A stretch of DNA of 64,000 nt, taken from assembly GCA_951406725.2 (NCBI GenBank), contig OX597815.1, positions 91,698,001-91,762,000 on the forward strand, given 5' to 3'. How positions within the stretch are numbered: position 1 is the first letter of the stretch; each line of letters opens with the position of its first letter. Of this stretch, positions 54,250 through 64,000 are shown in pieces. The position numbers and the translations under genes are program-made. Below the pieces are notes generated by a model. It was not told the origin of the DNA. It worked only from the letters and a program-made list of their open reading frames with translations, and did no database searches. The stretch comes from Octopus vulgaris (lineage: Eukaryota).

Positions 54250-54545
54250 AAGGTGTGATTGTATGGTAAAATGTTTGCTTCCCAATCACATGGTTCCAAG
54301 TTCAGTTCTAAAGCCTTGGGTCAACCAAGGCATTATGAGTGGATTTGGTTGACAGAAACTGAAAGAAGCTTGTTGTGTGTGTGCCTTTGTACTTGTCCTC
54401 CCACCTCTACTTGACAACGAAAGTTCATATGTTTAGTGGTTTAGCAAAAGAGACCAACAGAACAAGTACTAGGCTTTAAAAAAAAGTACTGGGGTTGATT
54501 CATTTGACTAAAATTTAAAGCAATGCCCCACCCCAGCATGGCAAC
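54250..54545 (+). mobile_element. tRNA-derived SINE family C
   Basis: ttgcttcccaatcacatggttcc...gagtggatttggttgacagaaactgaaagaagc...gcaaaagagacc...ccagcatggc. Confidence 0.75.
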
Positions 54546-55078
54546 AGAAATTTTCAAAGAGGTATCAATAAATCTTATGCCTTTTGAGGAATGCTTTTAC
54601 GCATCATACCCACTTTATTGGTTGGTCATACTCTCCTCTAAGCTATCCCAGGGGTACAAGTTTAGCTGTAAATAGACACTAGGAAGAAATTCAGTTCACC
54701 GATTTTATGAAAAAGTGTATTGTATAACTTGTAGTTAAAATTTCTTGTATTTTATCAAAGAATTTTTTTTTTTTTATAGCAACAGAAGGTTTAAGTCTAG
54801 AGAAGCAATTATCATTGCTGCTATTTTGGTGTATCAACCTAAACATCATATCATCCAATCTCTGAATGTTTTATTGTAGTGGCCTTTATCAAAGCATTCA
54901 ATATTGATGCTGTAAAGTATTACATTAAAACAGAAAAAAACATGTTTATTTGTTTGATTTTTCTCTCTTGATTCCATTTTAATAACAGTGGATTCGGTGG
55001 CATAGAAATTTTTGTAGTAATTACAATTGTTTCAAGTGAGATGCCAAAATAGGAAAAACATCATAGAAAATATGTGTG

Positions 55079-55118
<40 letters not shown>

Positions 55119-55219
55119 GTATATGTGCATATGGTTTGATTCAGACTGATACTGAATGGAAAACTTGGCTAATATTAAACAATGATATATAAAAAAATAT
55201 TGAACAGTATTATAAACTA

Positions 55220-57000
55220 ATATTGATTTCTTTTGATTAGGCACAAACCATTTTTGCGAGTAAGGGATTATAGCCAATTTAGCTAGCTCTGGGCTAATCA
55301 AATCACACTTAACTGTAGTAGGATTTGAGCTCAGAATCTAAACATACAAAAACCAAATATTGCAAAACATTTAGTTTAGCGCTATACCATTTCTGACAAT
55401 TTACAGTTCGTTTAATATAGACTAATATCACAGAATGATATAGTGCAATAAGGAAGATTAATGGGGGCTAATAAAATTGTAATATTGGATAATAATGAAG
55501 GGTAATATGAGCTTATTTTGAAGAATAATATGAGCTAATATTGATTTCTTAAACTCGCACAAAACCAAAGGTTTTTTGGGAAAGGAATAAGGTCAATTGA
55601 ATCAATTCTACCACTCCATAATATTGACACAAGGCCACGTATTATGATAGAGGTCTACAATTGATCAAATTATCTCCCATATATATATTACTCTTATTTT
55701 ATTGACAAACTGAGGGATGAAAGGTAGAGTTGATTATGGCTTGACATGATACGAAAAGATATAAGTGCTACAAGATATTTTACCTGGTTCTCTGCATATT
55801 ATGAAATATAATAATAATAATAATAATAACAACAACAATAATTGTAACAACAATTGTGATGATGATGATGATGATGATTTCTAATGTGAACACAAAGTCA
55901 CAAATTTTGAGGAACAGTATAGTTGATTAGATCAGTCCTTCAGTACTTGACTGATACTTATTTTATTAACCCTCAAAAGATGAAAGGCAAGGTTAAGATC
56001 AGTAGGGTTTGAGCTCAGAACATGAAGAGATGAAATTAAATACCACAATTATTTAAGCATTGGCATAAGGCTACATCTTATGAGATCAGTATAAAGTCAA
56101 ATTAACTCCATTACATTACTGGTATTATCTTATCAGCCCAAGAGATATGAATAGCAAATTCAATCCTGTTAAGATTTGAACTGAGAGCATGAAAGGAAAT
56201 AAATGCTAAATCTGTCATGCCATATACTTTTTTATGTTTGTTTTTTGTCCTATTTTTTTATCCCACTTCAGTAAAGGTTCCATCAAGTATATAAATACCA
56301 CTGAGATGTTGCTTCAATTAATGTTACCCTGTCTGACATTCAAGGCCTATCACTATTGGCTAGGTCTTAAAAGCCCCATTTTGAGGCCGATAAAGAAGAC
56401 AGAATTTAAATTCAGAATGCTAAGAGCCAGGACTGATACTGCAAGATATCTCATCTCTTGCTCTAAAAATTCTACAAATCCTCAGGTAGTGTGCTGGTAC
56501 TTTCTTTATCAACCCTAAAAGTATACAAGACAAAGTTTACCACTGTGGGATTTGAACTCTGAGCACAGAGAGTGGGAACAAATACTACAAAGTAATCTAT
56601 CAGATGCTCTAATGACTCATCTATTTCCATGCCCTTTATATCACATCACATACTACCATCTTTAAAATAAAGAACATATTTGATATTGTAGTCCTCGTTA
56701 CATTGTTTGTGAATAAAATACAGCACGCTCATCACAGCGCTGCCTTTGGTCATGTATTTGCTTAATAAGGACTGAACTTTGGTTAAACAACAACTAATTC
56801 TATCATCCACTGTAATGATGAAAATAATTTATTCTGTAGGCACAAGGCCTATAAAAGAGGGAACAGTCAATTATAGTAACCCCAAAACTTGACTGCTACT
56901 TATTTTATCAACCTTCACAAACAAAGCTGACCCCAGTGAGATTTGAACTCAGCACATAAAGACCCAGAACAAATACTACAAGGCATTTTGTCCATTGTTC
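55220..57000 (-). mobile_element. Cluster of ~7 diverged SINE-A copies, all on the minus strand
   Basis: Recurring rc motifs gcacaaggcc, ttttatcaacc, atgaaaggc, ggatttgaactcag, aaatactacaagg. Confidence 0.6.
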
Positions 57001-57579
57001 TGTGTACCAAAAGATGCAATATGAAGTTAGGTAGGATTTTAACTGAGAAGAATATGTGACCTAGCAGTCTTTCAATAGTATGAAGTACCCACCTTGTTCT
57101 GGTCTGCACCATCTTGTTAGTCAAATATCAATGCTACCAGTTCATTACAAAGAGTGGAATCTATACATTTACTAATGCTTTTCACAGCATCTGCAAACTG
57201 TTCACCAGTTGCGTGCATCATGTCTCATTTTCTCTTTATATCCACCTGTCTATCTATTATCTGTCTATCTATCTATCTATCTATCTTTCTATCTATCTAC
57301 AGCTCATATCATAAGTGAAGGAAGATGGTGTTTTGGAATATTAGTGCAAATAATCTTTTTTTTTTAACTCTTTTAGAAAATATGGTTCTTGTAACTGCTT
57401 TAAGATACAAATATTATTTTTTTATATATATATATATATATTTACTTTTTGGTTTGGCATTTTGTCAGTGGAAATAATAAGAAAAAGAAGATTTATACAC
57501 ACAATTCAGTATGGCAAATAAGAATACAAACATAGATATTATTATGTTATTATTGTTGTTGTTGTTGCTGTTAGTATTG

Positions 57580-57610
<31 letters not shown>

Positions 57611-59798
57611 GATTATTGATATTATTATGAAGAAAAGAAGAAAAAGGGCTGCTTATGAAGAACTTTGTGGTGATATCCACAATGGTCATCTGTTATAAAA
57701 TAATTTGGTTGCACACTGAGTGATGTATGTGCTATGAATTTTTTTTTTTTTTTTGCCAAACAATAGCTTTGATTCTTTAGTCTTTTTCTTTTCTTTTTTT
57801 TTATGTTTATTTCCAGCAATACCTTGCACCATTATTTTCAAACTCTTGCCAGCCAAATCTTCTCTTATGTAACCTAGCAACTTTCAACACAATTCAACCA
57901 TCTACCCAACAAATGAACAAAAGAAATAAATAACTTTTTTTGTTGTTTTGTTTTTGTTTGCTTGTTATGTTTGTGTTTGTGCATATGTATGCACATGTAT
58001 GTGTGCACATATATATGTGTGTGTGTGTGTATCATATGCATACGCATAATAAATATCTGTAACATAAATATATATGCTAAAAAATATGTATAATATAAAT
58101 ATGATATGCACACACACACATATGCACACAAATACTTATTATTAGATGCATAAAATGTATAATAAATATGTCCATGTTTGTATGTATAATATGTATTTAA
58201 TATATACATATATTTGATATGATATGTGATATAATAGATATATCTGATATGATATAATATATATGGTATATGACACATACACACATGCACATGCACACAC
58301 ACACCACCTCCATCACACAGCTGTATATTCAAGAATCTGCTGCTGTAAGAAATGCCAAGTTTTTCAGCATTGTTTCCTGTTGTGCTGTTTAGCCTGTTCC
58401 ATTAATCAAAATCTTGTAGCCAATAGTTAAGGTTTAATGCTTTAACTTTGGACCATGAGAAGTCAAGGGTTGAAATAATTTTAAGAAACAAAGATAGCAG
58501 CAGAGTTTGTTTGCTTTAGCATGAGATTTCACTTACTAAACAACCTGTCCTTAAGTAAATTACTGCTCTCCTGATTTACCATACATCTTTATTGCAGAAC
58601 AGGAGAGGTGGTTTCTCCTTTACCATATATCTTTGTCAGCTAGCTTCCTTGTGATGCTGAGTGAGAAGCTGGTTTCTGGCAACTTCACTATCATCATCAT
58701 TGCCATTGATTTAAGGCCTGCATTGGTAGGGAGAGCTATGTTATTTTTGTTTGTGTTACACAGGTTAATATTTGATTTTGTTAAATGGATTAACAACAAG
58801 AATGAAGTTAGTGGCAAAAGCCTTTTGACTCCACAAAGTTAAAGTTTGTTGCTTTGAACAGCTTAAGAAACTGTGATGAATGCAAATAGGCTTATACTTT
58901 GATTTAAAGGGTGGTGCTAGAAAAGAAGCTGAAGTCTTGAACGAATTCACATTGGAAACTATTTGTATTTATAATTTTATTGTGGCAGATATTTTATATA
59001 ATGTTAAGCTTTGCCATGAGAGATAATACAACTGTCATCTGTGTAGTCTAGCTCCTTGATGGAAAAGTTGTGACCAACAGTGATACCGGGGAACTCCCTT
59101 AATGCATTTGTGATGATCCAGTAGATGGCATAATTGAAAAGAGTTGGCAAAAGAACACATCCTTGCCGAATGCCAGACCATTGAGGATGAATGAAGCCAG
59201 CTCAACCCACCCCGGGTGAATGCTGTAAGAAGAAGAAGAGATAATACAACTGAGTGGAAGATACAGGTGCAGACATAGTCAAGTGGTCGAGATGTTTGAG
59301 GCAAACATCTTTTACCAAAGCATTCAAGGTCAATTGTGAATTAGACAGAAACTGCATGAAAGCACATCAATCCATTCCTCAGTTTAACATTACAACCTGA
59401 CTTTTGCGTACCTTTAACAACGACCACTCTGTTGTAAGCATGTGCATATTCCAACTATTTCAGTTACATTATTTAATCTTGCCACAAGTTTTAATGATGA
59501 GAGTCCAGTTGTTTGGTCAACAGAACTCTCAAATCTTATTCTACTTGGCAGACAATAAGTGTGACAAGTGTGCCATGAGGTCAGCTGTTTAAACTATATG
59601 TGCAGTTTATCCAGTATGAACTTCAAGGTTTGGATCACAAGACTATATATGTGTGTGTTGAACAGGTGGGGATGTATATATGTATTTGCCCATTTATTTT
59701 TACTTGTTTTTCCATGCTAGCATGGGCTAAGCATATATATATATATATATATAATACATTTCTAAATCTCTCAGAGAGATTTATGCAGTAGTGATACA

Positions 59799-60123
59799 AT
59801 AAAGTAGTTGTATACTGTCAACTTAATGTGACAGTCCCATGAAGGATATAATACTACTGTTATTTAGCCCTAGGAAGCAGCAATGCATCCTGTCGGCCTT
59901 GACATATTTCCTATGTCCTTATGTTTACAAGGGGGAGATAAGCACCCCCACCCAGCTAAGCCAGCAACCAGAGACTAGTTTCTGAGTCTTTGCTCATCAT
60001 CAGTCTGGAGCAGCATGGCTCCAGACTGACAGGAACTATTGCTGCTTCCTAGGGCTAAATAACAGTAGTATTATTCCCTTCATGGGACTGTCACATTAAA
60101 TTGACAGTATACAACTACTTTAT
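59799..60123. repeat. Fold-back inverted repeat (~100-bp arms) enclosing the intact hammerhead
   Basis: aaagtagttgtatactgtcaacttaatgtgacagtcccatgaagg...tagccctaggaagcagcaat / attgctgcttcctagggcta...ccttcatgggactgtcacattaaattgacagtatacaactacttt. Confidence 0.9.
59968..60008 (-). ncRNA. Minimal type-I hammerhead ribozyme, intact core (Penelope-like element type)
   Basis: Minus strand reads CCAGA-CTGATGA-TGAG-caaaga-CTCA-GAAA-C-ta-G-T-C-TCTGG. Stem I is CCAGA/TCTGG, stem II TGAG/CTCA, and stem III the palindromic ACTAGT. The CUGAUGA and GAAA core is complete, with a GUC cleavage triplet (predicted cut between 59973 and 59972). Confidence 0.8.
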
Positions 60124-60133
60124 ATTTATATTT

Positions 60134-60171
<38 letters not shown>

Positions 60172-60455
60172 CAAGTATCTTCTACTGTAGCCATGGGCAA
60201 ACCAAAACTTTGTGAATGGATTTGGTAGACAAAAACTAGAAGCCCATAGTATATACGTGTGTGTGCGTTTGCTCCACACCACCATTTGATGACCAGTGGT
60301 TATGTCCCCCATAACTTAGCAGTTCAGCAAAAGAGAACAATAGAATAAATACCAAACGTTAAAAGAAAAGTACTGGAGTCAATTCATTCAGCTAAAAATT
60401 CTTCAAGGTGGTACCCCAGCATGGCCACAGTCTAATCACTGGAACAAGTAAAAGA
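60172..60455 (+). mobile_element. SINE family C, 5'-truncated
   Basis: caagtatcttctactgtagcc...ggatttggtagac...aacttagcagttcagcaaaagag...ccagcatggcc...aacaagtaaaaga. Confidence 0.78.
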
Positions 60456-62228
60456 AATTGTACATACCACACTCACACACGTCCACACACGTGCGCGCGC
60501 GCACACACACACACAGGTGCTCCTTGACTTAGAACTAGACTCCATACCAACAGGTCATAAGTTGATATGGATATAACTTATGAACCTTTGTGTATTTGTC
60601 TTTGAGAAGGGAAAAGTTTGTGTGCAGTTTCTGAAAGAACAGTATGTCATAAACTAGTAAAAAAAAAAAGATGGAGAAAGTCTCTAAGAGGTCAGTTGTG
60701 ATCTGTGTCAGTGAAAATATATATTTATTAGTAAAATGAGAAGTTTCTTAAGTTCAGATGCCTTTAGGAGAAGAGTTTCTGACTTTTCAGACGATATTTA
60801 TATTATATATATATATGATTTCAGAGGACTTCTTGTTTTATATAATATGCAATTAAGAGAACTTGTTCTTGTACTAACATAACCAGAATCAATACAAAAT
60901 AATTTTATATTATTTATTGGGATTTTATTCCCCTTTTTTTTTACTTGTAGTTTTTAAGTTCTTAAGTTTTTATTCTGTAAAAAGCTGTTTTTTTCTTTTG
61001 TTTTTTGGGGGGTTTTTTTGTACCCCTACACAAGTAGCAATTTGCTCATTTTGAAATTCACCTCTTTATCAAAGTCATCATTCCAAACAAAGCTGAAAAT
61101 GATTTACTGCTACTACTACTACTACTAGTAGTAGTAGTAGTAGTAGTTTAATCACTATATTCTTGCTAGAATTTTCTTCTTTTTTTCTTAATTTTCCGAA
61201 CCTTTCTGTATAAAAGTAACAATCTATTTTCTTTCCTGCAATTCCATACATTTGATGATTTTATTAAGAATGAGAGTGTGTTTCAATTTACCATCCTGTT
61301 TTTTTGGGATAGGGTGATCTTGTTGTTTATTGGTTTTTTTCCTCAATTACTTTTTTTCTCTCTTTTTTTTCTTTTTTCTTTTTTAGTAGAGGATGGGGTT
61401 GTTTTGTTTTGTTTTTTCCTGCCAGTATCTCTGGAGAAATAAAAATATTTCTACCATTTCTATATAAATATTGTGACATAACACTTTATTAAAAAGAAAA
61501 TTTGCATTTTAATCATATTTAATACTGATGCATCAACCTCGTTATTATTATGTAGTTGTTATCATCATTACTATTATTATCATATTTATGAGAAGTCTCA
61601 TGCAATCACTTATTTGACCTGTTAGAAACAATAGCCAGGCCTCCCTCGAATTACATCCTACTATTCATTTTAAATCAAGATAGCACTCATAGGCTGGGGA
61701 TGCAGGGGTGTGTTTGCACCCCTTAAAATGTTTGTGGGGCAATGAAAATGCTTTGAACATCCTCAGCTTGCACCCCATAAGCAAATTTCATATCTTGAAT
61801 TTAAGTCCTACCAAAGTCAATGTTATCCTTCACTCTTCTGGGGTGACAAAATAAAGTCAGTAATAAAATTCTGACTTCATCCAGTTCTTGACAAAAATTC
61901 TTGTCCTTGTGCCTAAGTTAGAAACATCGTTAAAGCTATCAGCATCATGAAAAACTTCATCATTGTCATCAACATGGTGAACCCTTTCATTCTTAAAATG
62001 CATTTAATGCAACCCACCTTTGTAGCAGATCATGAAACATCATCTCACACCTGACTTGATCATGTTTAAGCTTATCCTTGATGGAAAACCTAGAGATTAC
62101 TTCTACTGGTCTCAGTGCTTGAGCTGAACTGATCTAGACAATAATATCATCGTCGTCATCATTATCATCATCATCATCATTATTATCATACTTTAGCCTG
62201 GATAGTTTTTAAAATTTCACATGTTTAA

Positions 62229-62444
62229 CCTTTTAACATTCAGATTTTTTTGTCAAATGTAATACTTATTTATTCATATTGTTTTGAATTAATCATGCAT
62301 TATCTTGTAGCTTTGAAATTTTGATGATGCAGTTCTCTATTTTTAGAATGACATTGATGGGCAGGTGTGAGAGGCCAAATCTGGTCAACATGAACATCAA
62401 ATAGAATATTTTGGAAAAATATGGCCAGTTTAAATACCAAAAGG
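62229..62444. mobile_element. piggyBac-like MITE
   Basis: TTAA|CCTTTTAACATT ... AATACCAAAAGG|TTGA. Confidence 0.55.
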
Positions 62445-63604
62445 TTGAAGAAGAGATATTTTATTTCCATCTTTTGTTAATATGTAGTTGACATCCAAAC
62501 TATTTCTCTCTTAGTTCTCCAACTTAATACCACCACTTACCCTTGGGTACCTTTAGTGGTCTCCTATCTGAAGATAATTCTCCCATCAGTCTCAGAAGCC
62601 TTAAAAAATGTCATAGGTGATGCCCTTTCTTCACTGACTATGCTGTAATTTTTTTTAACATTAGCTACAAATTGGCATTTATAATGTCAAGTATGCATTA
62701 AAATCACTGCAATTAATTTATAAAAGTTATTTCTGTTATCATTATTGAATGATTAATAGCTAAGATACTTAAAAATTCTTAGAAATAAACCATTTCAGAC
62801 AGCTAAGACAGAATGAAACTAATATGTGGAACTATGGAACTTGGTAGCTGGAGAATTCTTACTCAGCAAAACTATATTGTCTGCATAACAAATAGCAACT
62901 TGAAGAATTACATGAATTTTTAAGGAGTTGGGGAAGGTAAAAAGAAATTTATAATTAGCATATGGTGAATGAACAGGGTGGATAGAGAGAGACAAAGAGA
63001 AAAGAAAGCACAGCTACAAATGAAATAGAATTTAAAAAACAAAGAGAGAGAGAGAGAAATGACAGGCAGTAAAGAAACAATTTGGTGAGAGAAAGAGAGT
63101 GGAAGTGGGAGAAAATGAAGTTACTTAGAGTGAAAGATGATTGTGTGTGTTTAAGAAGAAAATTTATATTGTTGTATCTAAATTAATACTTATGTTGAAA
63201 CTTCCTATTACATTAGATAGTTAGGTCATCAGAGTCCAAGATAATTCTTGTTCAACACTTACTACTCTCATAAACAAATCATAGACCATGTCTCCCTTGT
63301 ACATCCCATTTTAGCATGCTTTCTATGGCTGGATGTCCTTTCTATCACCAACCACTGTTATGATGAAAGAAAAGTGGAGTAGTAAGAGAGGTAGTGATAA
63401 AGGGTGATGGTGGAGGGAAGAGAGGGAACTGAATACTGACAGATTGACTACCATCCCTTTGTTATGTAGGCATTGTAGTACAATGAATACAAGAAAGGGT
63501 GAGCAAAAGATAAAATGGTAACAAAGAGGGAAATTGATGGCAACATAACAGAAATATAATAGGCAAGTGGCACACACCACAACCTCCGTTACCATCACCA
63601 ATTA

Positions 63605-64000
63605 AAGAACTGTTTTACCTTTCCTGTACTGCATTTTGCTACTTGTCAGGATTCTTTGTCACCTCCATCCTGAAATTCAACTTCATAGGATAAGTGTTTA
63701 TCACTTCACCCCATCTCTCCTTGGGTCTCTCTCTTCTACAAATTTCAATAACTTTAAGCACTTGGCATCCTTTATACAACTAGCATCCTTCATACAAGTG
63801 ATGTATCTGTACCAGTGTACACTTCTCTTTTACACATTACATCCCATTCCTCTTGTGTCTACCTTTTCTCTCAGTTTATTTTTTGCTCCATCATTCATGC
63901 ACACTAATATCACACATCCATCAGATTATACTTGCTTCACTTCTTTCTGGTCATCACAAATCTTCAGCATGCAAGGCCAACATCTCACTACCATACAGCA
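63605..64000 (-). mobile_element. RTE-clade LINE C-terminal fragment, continues beyond the window
   Basis: Minus-strand LYGSEMLAL...ERSEASII*WMC...KLREKV...SVHWYRYITCM matches RTE LYGSETW...MLRWMC...LRWYGHV.RM. Confidence 0.75.

Overview
AT-rich, microsatellite-dense eukaryotic DNA, intergenic or intronic. The SINE families, (AT)n/(CA)n/(GAT)n load and general texture resemble an octopus (coleoid cephalopod) genome; this is recognition from memory, not a database result. I found no intact host protein-coding gene, and almost all listed ORFs are microsatellite or SINE read-throughs. Recognisable content: several high-copy tRNA-derived SINE families; decayed DNA transposons (Tc1 DD34E, Tigger/pogo, mariner, piggyBac-like and hAT-like MITEs); RTE-clade LINE fragments; two R4/Dong-like LINE 3' ends; a 398-bp apparently perfect tandem duplication; and a 5x67-bp minisatellite. 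The most notable signal is a set of seven fold-back (inverted-repeat) insertions with different sequences, plus two stand-alone motifs. Several carry minimal type-I hammerhead ribozyme cores, and one at 59968-60008 (-) has an intact core. This is the architecture expected of Penelope-like element pseudo-LTRs or retrozyme-like non-autonomous derivatives.
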